64,000 bases of DNA, from contig JASTWF010000033.1 of NCBI GenBank assembly GCA_030390025.1, positions 6,264,001-6,328,000 on the forward strand, given 5' to 3'. Below are positions 26,937 to 38,398 of this stretch, piece after piece. This DNA comes from Squalus acanthias (lineage: Eukaryota). Numbering within the stretch: the first letter of the stretch is position 1; each line of letters starts with the position of its first letter. Made by a program: the position numbers and the translations under genes. The notes beneath the pieces were generated by a model. That model saw only the letters and a list, made by a program, of their open reading frames with translations, had not been told where the DNA came from and did no database searches.

Positions 26937-27970
26937 TGTAAGTGGTTTTTGATCCTAGCCCAATTGCTAGATGGACGGTTCGAATCGCCCCCGCCTTACG
27001 AAAGTTCTACACCCGGGAATTATTATTCAGAGTGTAAATGAAGTAATTCACGGACATGAATGTTTCAGTGAAAAATCAAACTTATATTTATTTGGTCTAA
27101 CATACACTGGCTAAAACATGCACTACTAAACGAAATTACTGATTCTGTGGAGAATAAAATCCAGGTTACAAACAACATACATACAGTACAAAACTGAGGA
27201 CTATGACAAGCAGCAATTCCCTTGTTGCTATGGTGGACTCTCATTCCACCCCTACCAACGAATTACTCAGTCGCATAAGGCCCTTTCGCCTGGCTGAAAC
27301 AAAGTAAGCTCTGACCCTCACAATAGCCCAAAAGCCTCACTTTTGAGAAAAACTCTGAGCCCTCTGGTTACCGGCTTGGGACACTCGAGATCATGTTTAC
27401 CCCCACACACATTCCGTCTCGATTGCTCCGCTTAGCTGCTTCTTCCTCTGGTACTTCTTGTTAGGTCGATCTTGTTGGGGCGAGAGAGAGAGAGAGAGAG
27501 ATAAGGTGGGAAAGGATCTATCTTTATAGGAGTCTTGCTACCCATATCTTTCCCGCCAATCTTTAAAATCCTTTTGTTTCTAAGCACTCCAGTGCTTAAT
27601 CAGTGATGGAGTCATCCTCAGACCCATGTGTACTCCGTGTTTGTACTAATGGCCCTAAGTCTGGGACAGAATTCGGTCTTTGTGTTGGGAAAAATTGGCT
27701 CCTCTCCAGCTGGCAAGTCCAGTGGGTTCATTGTTCTGCTTCTCTTCTGAGATGGAGGTGAGTAGTGCTTTTGCATAATCTGGATGCCTGACAGTTCTTC
27801 CGTCACAGCCAACTGCCATGCGTTCTCTGGAGTTTTAACAAACCACTTTTTCACATATCTGCCCAGGGTGAGCCCATCACAGGGAACATATCCTCAGAAA
27901 AATCCCATAATATAAACAAAATATTCTCGACTGAGTCCATTCTTCAAACAGAGACTTTGCGATCTCTGCA
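26937..27970 (-). repeat. 3' LTR of ERV 2
   Basis: Minus strand TGCAGAG...ACTTACA; direct repeat of 38399-39424; TATAAA at 27523-27528 and AATAAA at 27087-27092; preceded by the purine tract AAACGGGGGAC. Confidence 0.93.
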
Positions 27971-28243
27971 GTCCCCCGTTTAAAGCTTGTCTTTCCACAA
28001 AGCATCACTCGGTGAGACAGCAAAGGCCAAAGTCTCCCACAAGTGAAGCTGTTTCCCTCATTTTACATTTTAACCCCAGAGCTGTAACCCTTACTGCGTG
28101 TCATAGTTCCCTTCTCCCGAGTCAAATCATCAGCGAAACGGCTTCTGAACACATTCAAATGGCTGGGTTGCAATTCCCATTGACAAACTTCAAGTCAAAA
28201 TACAGAACATTAATAAGATCCACAGAAGGTTACCAAAAAGTCA

Positions 28244-28600
28244 CCGCGCACATCACACAGTACAGCATTGACAGGTGGTAACACATTACAATAACTCAAC
28301 AGCGCACATCACACAGTACAGCATTGACAGGTGGTAACACATTACAAAAATACAACAGCGCATATCACACAGTACAGCATTGACAGGTGGTAACACATTA
28401 CAATAACACAACAGCGCACATCACACAGTACAGCATTGACAGGTGGTAAGACATTACAATAATACAACAGCGCACATCACACAGTACAGCATTTACAGGT
28501 GGTAACACATTACAAAAATACAGCAGCGCACATCACACAGTACAGCATTGACAGGTGGTAACACATTACAAAAATACAACAGCACACATCACATAGTACA
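28244..28600. repeat. 56-bp tandem repeat (~6.5 copies) between env and the 3' LTR
   Basis: Unit CGCACATCACACAGTACAGCATTGACAGGTGGTAACACATTACAATAATACAACAG. Confidence 0.95.
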
Positions 28601-28757
28601 GATTGTAAAGCTATAACCAGAATACTATACACTCGCTTACACAACCTTGGTACATTACAAGTTTTTGCAGGGAGAAACCATCATCAACATAAATCAATTA
28701 CACCTTACCGGATCAATCTAACACCCTTTGCTACCGCGCTCGGAGCATCTGGCTCCA

Positions 28758-30006
28758 TCACTTGCAGCTGGTGTAGAACAAGTAGCTTACAAGCAACAAT
28801 TGTATGATAACTAATGCATGGGAACAGATGCGGATCCAGGGAGGAATCTCTATACTCAGACCGATGTCCCACCATGGTGGCGAGACAATCCCCTTCATCT
28901 CCTCCCCCACTTCTACTGTCTTTTGCTCCCTCCAAAGTGTAAAAATGTTTCTGGGAGAGTTCAACGGTCTTTATTAACTCAGTGAGATGTTCCGGCAGAA
29001 AAGGAATCATCCAGGTCCCTCTTCTCTGCCTCCCGGACCCCACACTATCCCCAACATTCAGATTATAAAGCTTTTCTTTCTCTACATTTCCATAGTCCAG
29101 TTCATAAAATTCCTGAAACGTCGCTTTTAACAGAGCTTCATAAAGCTTCTCCGTCTTCCTTGGACACCACACAGGCAGATGGACTTCAGTCAGGTTCAGG
29201 GTCACGGATGCCACGGCGTAGAGCACGTTCTGAAACAACACTTTGTCAGTCGGGATTAACACCAACCCATTCCCTGGACCCCTGGTGGTGGTGGGACACC
29301 CATCTACAGTCATCTGTACTGTCGGGGCTCTGGACGCGGGCTTCCTGGTGTATGAGATGAGCTCTGTGGCGTTGATGGTATTCGGGGGTTTTAGGATCAC
29401 ACAGGAGTCCACACTCCGATCCCAACCGATCCCACCCCTGGCGTCCTGCCATCGCCTGCTAAACGCGATCAACACACCTGCTGGGCAGATCTTTTCCGAG
29501 CCCCACATACACACATAAATCCCTTTCTCGGATTCCCACCACTTATCCCAACACACATTCACTCCTCCCTGAGAACCCGTGATCGTCCGGTACGTGTCAT
29601 GACTTAGTCTTTCCCAGTCAGCTGTCTGGTCCCCTGTATCCGCGCTCAGTTTCCTGAGCCACCACCACCTTCCCAGTGGAATATGTCCCCTGCAGCTAAG
29701 GCACACCCGTTTACCCTCTGTTACCCTAACCCGGGAGGTGATAACCCCTATTCTCGGGCATGGGATGGATGCTTCACCATAGGTGAACTTGTCATGACTG
29801 GAATAGCGGGTGGAATTCGACCCCAGCCATCCAGGCCAGCTTCCCTCGTGGAGATAGACGCTCGCCCCATCCTTCGAGCCACCTCCAGTGGTCATGGTCG
29901 GTCCGTCTCCGCCGGTGCAGCCGAAGATAACCGATTCCTCGGTGTCGCCCCTGTGACTCTCGCTGGCTTCAATCATGACGCTCAGGACTACCATGGCTGA
30001 CTTCAT
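28758..30006 (-). pseudogene. env: env of ERV 2: signal peptide, Ig-like domain, F2-like segment, furin site, internally deleted F1, TM anchor
   Basis: ATG at 30006 follows a pyrimidine-tract/CAG acceptor (30025-30026). Motifs: MKSAMVVLSVMI, RQRR at 29020-29031, a frameshift near 28930, then WWDIGLSIEIPPWIRICSHALVIIQLLLVSYLF. Confidence 0.87.
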
Positions 30007-30206
30007 CTTGTTCTTAGGCGTTCCCTGAAAAGACACAGAATGCAACGTTGTCCTTGGGTGATGCCTCACCTTTCCAGACGCAGCTACACACGATTACATT
30101 TGGTATCCACAGCATACATGTCAATCCAAACTATACAGACAAGCTAAGGCAACAGACAGGAGAGAAATAAGTTATGTACAGCGTCACCCGTCTCCGGGTG
30201 GCCACA

Positions 30207-31534
30207 CTAGGTCTCCTCGACCCTGGGCCTCTTACGACTCCGGCTTCCTTCGTTCAACGGTGTGTAAGGAGGCGTCCACGGCACCCTCGGCTGTGGGATC
30301 CTGACACTCCTTCTCACTCCTGCCCCTACAGGCGGAACGACTGGTCCCTCTGTGGGCTCCTCACTGTCCCAGATTATGGGCTGGAGACCCACAACTGTAG
30401 CGCAGCTCACCACTCCCTGCTGTTTCCTCCTCTTATCAGCTCTTTCCCCAGGGTTGAAAAGCTTCACTGATTGATATGGAACCACTTAGTGCGTCGAGGC
30501 ATTTTGACCACATATACCATTGGACTAGCCCTATCCACGATACTGTACGGTCCCATGTATAGCGGTTGAAAAGTCCCTACCCTGGCGAAGTTTCTAACCA
30601 TTACTTGCTCTCCGACCTTTCACTCGTGTTGCCTCTGAGGCTCAAGCAATAAACGATTTCTACGATGTTGCTTCCCCATGTTACTGGCAGCCTGCCAATG
30701 GGTCTGTCTGAGATGCTCAAACAAATTCTTAACAATCCTGTCCCGGTTCACCTCTCTCAACTGACCTTCTGTGAGAACCGGGGCCAGTACATGGCTGGGC
30801 GTTCTCATGACCCTGCCAGTCACGAGCTCATGTGGGGAATACCCTGTGCTTCTAGACGGGCTGGCTCGGACCCCCATCAGAACTAACGGCAAGACCTCCG
30901 CCCATTTTCTAGGCGAGTCTCCCGTCTCCTTCCGTAACCTTTCCTTGATGGTCCTATTCATCCGCTCCACGATCCCCGATGACTGCGTGTTGTGTGCGAC
31001 ATGCCATTTACCCTCTACACCTAGCATCTTCAGAGTCGCCTGCATGACTGCCGCTGTGAAGTGACTCCCCTGATCGGACTCCACATACCGTGGTAGCCGA
31101 GAGAACACTTCTCTCACTAGAATCCTTGCAGTCCACAAAGCTGTGGCTGTTCGGCATGGGAAGGCTTCTACCCATTTAGAGAACACATCCACCAGGACCA
31201 GGCAGTATGTGTAACCCACCTGCGCGGTGGGCAGCGGTCCGATATAATCGACCTGTATGGACTGCCATGGACCCTCCACTCTCCCAGTGTGTCCCATGGA
31301 AACGTTCCTTTTTGGAGGGTCAAGGTTGTTTGCACCACACACCAAGCAATAGCGCAGAAGTTGCGGAAGTCCTCCCTCAGTTGCGGCCAACACCCTGCCT
31401 GTTCCACCCGTTGCCAATGGTCTCCGGCCCGGGCTGCCCCGCTCCTGGACCCTCGTGGGACAACTGAAGGAATTATCTCCGGTGCTGCTGCAGAACTACC
31501 CACTGTTTCCCTCTAAAAACCATCTCTTCCTTTA
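30207..31534 (-). pseudogene. pol: Integrase region of ERV 2 pol
   Basis: CLVC, PWQSIQVDYIGPLP, VDVFSKWVEAFP, SDQGSHF, SSGIVERMNRTIK and a C-terminal YMGPY motif. Confidence 0.93.
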
Positions 31535-32958
31535 GAGTCATAGAGTCATAGAGTTATACAGCACAGAAAGAGGCCCTTCGGCCCCTCGTGTCCGCGCCGG
31601 CATTCAAGCCCTGTCTATTCTAATCCCATGTTCCAGCACTTGGTCCGTAGCCTTGTGTGCTATGGCGTGTCAAGTGCTCATCTAAATGATTCTTGAATAT
31701 TGTGAGGGTTCCTGCCTCTACCATCCTTTCAGGCAGTGATTTCCAGATTCCAACCACACTCTGGGTGAAAAAGTTTTTCCTCCAATCCCCTCTAAACCTC
31801 CTGCCCCTTCCCTTGAAACTATGCCCCCTGGTTATTGACCCCTCTACTAAGGGAAAACGTTCCTTTCTATCTACCCTATCTATGCCACTCATAATTGTGT
31901 ACACCTCAATCAGGTCCCCGCTCAGCCTTCTCTGCTCTAAGGAAAACAAGCCCAGCCTGTCCAGTCTCTCTTCATAGCTGAAGCGCTCCAGCCCAGGTAA
32001 CATCCTGGTGAATCTCCTCTGCACCCTCTCCAATGAACTCACATCCTTCCTATAGTGTGGCGACCAGAACTGCACACAGTATTCCAGCTGTGGCCGAACT
32101 ACCGTTTTGTACAGCTCCATCATAACCTCCCTGCTCTTATATTCTATGCCTCGGCTAATGAAGGCATGTTTCCCATATGCCTTTTTAACCACCTTATCAA
32201 CCTGTCCTGCTGCCTTCCGGGATCTATGTGCATGCTCACCAAGGTCCCTCTGATCCTCTGTCCTTCTTCGGGTCCTACCATTCATTGTGTATTCCGTTGT
32301 CTTGTTAGTCCTCCCAAAATGATTCACCTCACACTTTTCAGGGTTAAATTCCATTTGCCACTGTTCTGCCCATCTAACCAACCCGTCTATATAGTCCTGA
32401 AGCCGGAGGCTTCCCTCCTCACTATTTACCACGCCACCAATTTTCGTGTCATTTGCGAACTTACTGATCATACCTCCTACAGTCATATCTAAATCATTAA
32501 TGTACACTACAAACAGCAAAGGACCCAGCATTGGACACAGGCTTCCAGTCACAAAAACAACCTTCGACCATCACACTCTGCCTCCTGCCACTAAGCCAAT
32601 TTTGGATCAAAAGTGCCAAGTTGCACTGGATCCCATGGGCTTTTACCTTCTTGACCAGTCTCCCATGCGGGACTTTGTCAAAAGACTTACCGAAGTCCAT
32701 GTAGACTACATCAACTGCACTACCCTCATCCATACACCTAGTCACCCCCTCTAAAAATTCAATCAAATTGGTCAGACATGATCTCCCCCTGACAAAGTCA
32801 TGATGATTATCCTTGATTAATCCTTGCCTCTCCAAGTGGAGACTATTTCTGTCCCTCAGAATTTTTTCCAATAATTTCCCTACCACTGATGTTAGGCTCA
32901 CTGGCCTGTAATTCCCTGGTTTATCCCTACTACCCTTCTTGAATAATGGTACTACGTA
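31535..32958 (-). mobile_element. CR1 LINE inserted in pol (same subfamily as 564-2179)
   Basis: RT motifs and the same (CTCTATGA)n tail; TTTA duplication; pol reads ISV|KEEMVFRGKQWVV across the insertion. Confidence 0.92.
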
Positions 32959-35900
32959 TTTACCGAGATACCTGCCATTCCGTATGGACGCTCTACCTTA
33001 TCTCCCTTAGCCAGCGTCTCCAGAACAGTCTTTAGGACGGGATCCCGTGCCTGGACAATCTTTAGGTCCGGGGCCAATGTTTCCCCTGCACTCCCTTGGG
33101 CCCCAGCTTTGTCTCTGATCGCTGCTACCTGACTCGACCCATATGGATCCCAAAACGTGCCAGTTCGAGCACCCTCTTCGGTCATCACGTTGGCCTGCTG
33201 ATTGCCCTCCGCACGGGGTTCCCCCTTTGAATGGGCCTTAACTTTGTGGATATAGAAATCCCCCAGGGTTCCTATCCTTGTTATGATCTGTTGCAACAAT
33301 GGCTTTGTTGCTAGGGGTTTGCCGTCTGCAGATGTGAACCCGCGACGAGACCAAATGGCTAAATATTCTGTACACGAATTGCAAGTGAACATGCTGTCCC
33401 AGAAAATAGTGTAGGGCGTAGGGTATTATAGGGGAGGAGCTAAATACGATTAAAATCACTAAGGAATTGGTACTCAGTAAAATAATGGGACTCAAGGCGG
33501 ATAAATCCCCTGGACCTGATGGCTTTCATCCTAGGGTCTTGAGGGAAGTGGCAGTAGGGATTGTGGATGCTTTGGTAATAATTTTCCAAAATTCCCTGTA
33601 CTCAGCAAAGGTCCCGGCAGATTGGAAAACTGCTAATGTAACACCCTTATTTAAAAAGGTTATAGGCAGAAGGCTGGAAATTATAGACCAGTTAGCCTAA
33701 CATCTGTGGTGGGTAAAATTTTGGAGTCTATTATTAAGGAGACAGTAACGGAACATTTAGATAAACATAATTTAATAGGACAAAGTCAGCATGGCTTTAT
33801 GAAGGGGAAGTCATGTCTGACAAATTTGCTTGAGTTCTTTGAGGACATAACGTACAGGGTGGATAAAGGGGAACCAGTGGACGTAGTGTATTTAGACTTC
33901 TAGAAGGCATTCGACAAGGTGCCACATGAAAGATTAATGCTCAAGATAAAAAATCACTGGATTGGGGGTAATATTCTGGCATGGGTGGAGGATTGGTTAT
34001 CTAACAGGAAGCAGAGAGTTGGGATAAATGGTTCATTCTCGGACTGGCAACCAGTAGCCAGTGGTGTTCCGCAGGGGTCGTGCTGGGTCCCCAACTCTAT
34101 ATAATCTATATTAACGATTTGGAGGAGGGGACCGAGTGTAACATATCAAAGTTTGCAGATGATACAAGGATGGGAGGGAAAGTAGAAAGTGAGGAGGACA
34201 TTAAAAACGTACAAGGGGATATAGACAGGCTGGGTGAGTGGGCGGAGATTTGGCAGATGCAATACAATATTGGAAAATGTGAGGTTATGCACTTTGGCAG
34301 GAAAAATCAGAGAGCAAGTTATTATCTTAATGGCGAGAAACTGGAAAGTACTGCAGTACAAAGGGATCGGGGGGTCCAAGTGCAAGAAAATCAAAAAGTT
34401 ACTATGCAGGTGCAGCAGGTGATCAAGAAGGCCAACGGAATGTTGGCTTTTATTGCTAGGGGGATAGATTATAAAAACAGGGAGGTATTGCTGCAGTTAT
34501 ATAAGGTATTGGTAAGACCGCACCTGGAATATTGCGTACAGTTTTGGTGTCCATACTAAAGAAAAGACATACTTGCTCTCGAGGCAGTACAAAGAAGGTT
34601 CACTCGGTTAATTCCGGGGATGAGGGGGTGGACATATAAGGAGAGGTTGAGTAGATTGGGACTCTACTCATTGGAGTTCAGAAGAATGAGAGACGATCTT
34701 ATTGAAACATATAAGATTGTGAAGGGGCTTGATCGGGTGGATGCGGTAAGGATGTTCCCAAGGATGGTTGAAACTAGAACTAGGGGGCATAAACTTAGAA
34801 TAGGGGGCTGCTCTTTCAAAACCGAGATGAGGAGAAACTTCTTCACTCAGAGGGTAGTAGGTCTGTGGAATTTGCTGCCCCAGGAAGCTGTGGAAGCTAC
34901 ATCATTAAATAAATTTAAAACAGAAATAGATAGTTCCCTAGAAGTAAAGGGAATTACGGGTTACGGTGAGCGGGCAGGAAATTGGACATGAGGCTGAGTT
35001 CGGATCGGTCAGGGCCCTGTGGGTGGCAGAGCGGGCCCAGGGGCTGAGTGGCCGGGTCCTGCTCCTACTTCTTGTGTTCTTTAGATTTGAGGTTAGGATC
35101 AGATCAGCCATGATCTTATTGAATGGCGGAGCAGGCTCGCGGGGACGATTGGCCTACTCCTGCTACTATTTCTTATGTTCTTATGTTCTTATGGTACACT
35201 TAGGGGTGAGTAACCACATACACCACCGCCGACAGTTCAGCGTGCTGGGCGCTCATGCTGCTCGGGAGTTTAATGGCCTTGGCAATGCCTGCCTTTGGGT
35301 CAAAATTCCCGCATCCAGTGTGTTGCTCCCCTGCCACCACTGTACTGGGCCCGTCTACATGGATCCCAGCCCGAAACCCTATGTCTACGTCCCATACCCC
35401 TTCAACAGAACATTTGTGGGCCACCCCTGGGTAGATCAAATTTGCGGCGAGCTTGGGCTCACAGAGGCCTTTCACACTCAAATTTGTCTGAGAGAGCAAT
35501 AAAGTCCAGCGAGCAATGCGTGCACTGCTCACCGTGCCGTCCTTTATCCTCCCATCCAGAAGCATCTGAGTGGGCTAATGATGGGTTAAGAGAGTTAACG
35601 GGGATGCCCCCGTGAAGATTTGTGATCTCCTCACGGCCCAATGTGTGGCAAGCAGGTGCCTCTCACAATTGGAGTACCCCCTCTCTACATCTGTGAGGAT
35701 TCTTGATGAGTATACCACAGGCCTCAGCTTGCCATGCCGCTCCTGGAGCAGCACTGCGCTCAAACTCTCCCCTGTGGCAGCTACCTCCAAAAATAACTCC
35801 TTTCCCCCATCAACGCTCCTAAAGCAGGTGCGGTCTGCAGATCACTCTTCAGATGACTAAAAGCTGCCATGCAATCCTCATCCCACTCCCAGACCACTCC

Positions 35901-37287
35901 CTTTTGAAGCAGCCGGAGTAGACTAGCTGCCGTAGCGGCATAGTCCTCTATGAAATCCCTGCAATACCCTGTGAGACCCAGGAAGGATCTTACCCCCGTT
36001 ATCGTGGTCGGGGCAGGTAGCTCCTGTACCGCCTTCCTTTTCACCTTATCGATCGCCCTCTCGCCAGCACGTATGGTCAGCCTGAGGAATTTTACGTCCT
36101 GCTGGCCGATCTGTGCTTTCTTGGGATTAACCTTGAACCCAGCTTCCTTTTACAGACTCAGCAGCTCAGCCAGCAGGGGGCCATGCTCCTACCCCTCGTT
36201 GGAGAACAAAAGCAGATCGTCCACGTACTGTACAAGCCGCTGCGGTCTGCTGAACCCTTTTAAACAGTTGGCCATGTATTGGTGGAAAATAGAAGGGCTG
36301 TTATGAAACCCTTGGGGAAGGCAGGTCCATGTGTACTGCTGACCCTTGAAAGTGAACGTGAATTTAGAGGGATTTTGATAGGGATAGACCAGAATCTGTT
36401 TGAAATGTCCAGCACCGTGAATGTTTTCGCGGATGCCGGGATACTCCCGATCAGGTCAGCTACGGCTGCGACGGTAGGGGCACAGGCTGGGATGTTCTTG
36501 TTAAGAACTCGATAGTCCACAGTGGCTCTCCACAAATTGCCCGGTTTCCTAACCTGCCAAATCCGAGAGTTCACATGGGTCACTATGGGTCTCAACACAC
36601 CCTGCTCAACCAATGATCCCAATGCCGCCTCTAAATCCGCCTCTGCCTCTCTAGGGAAGTTGTACTGTTTCTGTGGTCGAGACATGGGGTCTCCTTCTAT
36701 TCTGACCTCCACCCCTATTACCCTCCCACAGTCGTGCTTGTGTGTAGCGAATGCCGCGAGGTTGGCTCGCACATCCGCTATGTACTCCGCCGGGGTAGAA
36801 GTGACCAAACGTTCAAGGTCATAACTATCCTTGGGCTTCATCGTACACACGGTTCCCTTGCCTTGCTTCCCTGGTATAACTACCACCTCCTTCTCCTTTC
36901 CCGTGCATACTGCCCCCGAAAGACAGTGATTCCGGAAATCCACCAATATCTTGTGGGCCAGTATGAAGACTGCCCCCAAAATGCCTATTCCTCCCGCTCC
37001 CACCGCATCAGGACACAATTCCACTCCGTATGGAGTGTACCCAGATCGATGGCTAGCGGGATGGAGAAAGACCCAGCCTGTCCGTTCCCGGTGGACCCTA
37101 CTAAGTTATATGGGACCCCGCTCGATAGAGATGATGTGGTCCGGTTATCCGCATAGACAATGATGCATGAAGCTCCAGTGTCCAGCAGATCGGTCCCTTG
37201 CACCTTCTCCACCACCATCTTCACGCACGGTCTCTTCCAAGCATCATATCTTAGTGGGCACAGGTAAACGGGCTGAGAAGCCCCTAG
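32959..37287 (-). pseudogene. pol: Protease-RT-tether-RNase H region of ERV 2 pol (interrupted by a CR1)
   Basis: Protease LLDTGAS; RT WRATVDYRVLN, VLDISNRFWSI, QYTWTCLPQGFHNSP and QYVDDLLL (YVDD 36216-36227); tether RPVVYSSRIL..CERHLLA; RNase H VDG..SAQHAEL|DS..WSRRGFTSADGKP..KVKAH..GNQQA. Confidence 0.92.
33426..35192 (+). mobile_element. CR1 LINE inserted in the RNase H of pol
   Basis: RT motifs, a (CTTATGTT)n tail and a GGTA duplication at the junctions. Confidence 0.92.
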
Positions 37288-38348
37288 TCATGGGTCGGGA
37301 TTGTTTGGGGCGGATGGGAGTACGCTGCCCGCTGCTGCATCCACCCTACCCTGCCCTGCCGTAAAGACTGCGCGGAGAGCAGCCACTAATACCGCGAACG
37401 GATCAGTGCTGCTTCCTGCCAAAGCTGCGGCTTTCTGCACTGGCGCTGGAGGATCCCCTTTCCCGCTCCTTTTGTCAGAGACTGGGCAGTCTTTCCTCCA
37501 GTGCCCTTTACTCCCACACCCATAACAACCCTGCTTCTTCTCTGAGATACCCCCTTCCTGGCGCCACTCTCTTCAAACGTTGCCTCCACTAGGCTTTAAC
37601 TCGTGTACTCTGCCCTTTGGTTTGTCATCCTCACCCCTACCATTCTTAAAAGAGCGAGTTAACTGCCGGATCACACTCTATTCTGTGGTCTGGGGATCCC
37701 TGGAATCGAACCACCCCTCTGCTTTGGCCTTGATCCTGGCAGGCTGTTCGCCACCAGGGTCCTCAGCCAATGAGCTCTAGGCTCCCCCTGCAGCTGCGCC
37801 CGGTCAGGCACCCCCGCACAGGCACTCCGGTAGACGGGCCAAAGCCTGGCGCCTATGTATGCCACCTGAATATCCTTCAACTGCTCTCCCAGCACCTTTA
37901 CCTCACTCGACAAGCGAGCGTTCTCCTCCCTAACCATCCTCTCGTTCCCCTTTGCCTCAGTTACCTGGCATTCCAGGAACTCCTTATGGTTACGGAAGGT
38001 TCCCTCCTGGCTTATTTTTCCCTGCTTCTCATTCTTTACCTCCGTGCATAACCTGCTCCCTACTACAGCCCTTGCATCTGACTGTGCCTCGGACTCCCTG
38101 ATCTCTGCCTCTAACTTAGCAACCTGCTTATCTAGCAGTTGGACGTGTCTTCGTAGACAGATGAGCCATATCGCCTTTTCAATGCTGCTCCTATGGTCCT
38201 TGCCCTCCGTCCATTCTGCCGCTGCGTCCACCGGACGCTCAGACCGCAACAAGCCTAGCACCCACTTCTTAGTGACGTTAACCTTCTTAAACTCATATGA
38301 AGAAATCATTTCCTCCATTTGGGATCTTTCACCAGAAGCCCTGTCCAT
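37288..38348 (-). pseudogene. gag: gag of ERV 2 (coiled-coil N-terminus, partial capsid, one CCHC knuckle)
   Basis: ATG lies 50 nt from the 5' LTR; heptad-rich N-terminus; CYGCGSKGHWRKDC at about 37486-37527; ends in TGA at 37288-37290; frameshifted and short. Confidence 0.85.
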
Positions 38349-38374
38349 GACTGATTTACACTCCTGTAACTCAG

Positions 38375-38393
38375 GTCCTGCCCGCAGTCGCCA
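38375..38393 (-). promoter_or_regulatory. Primer binding site (tRNA-Ser-like)
   Basis: TGGCGACTGCGGGCAGGA begins 5 nt after the LTR end and resembles the complement of tRNA-Ser 3' ends (TGGCG...GCAGGA); the match is imperfect. Confidence 0.6.
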
Positions 38394-38398
38394 AGAGA

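Noticed and set aside
27618..28281. Short ORFs in the 3' LTR/post-env region as accessory genes
   Set aside because: Short, with no recognisable motifs; the LTR ORF is not preserved in the other LTR, and the other ORF is antisense and runs into the tandem repeat.
37671..38348. Cellular SMC/myosin-like coiled-coil gene
   Set aside because: It starts just after the PBS and leads into capsid and zinc-knuckle sequence, so it is the gag N-terminus.
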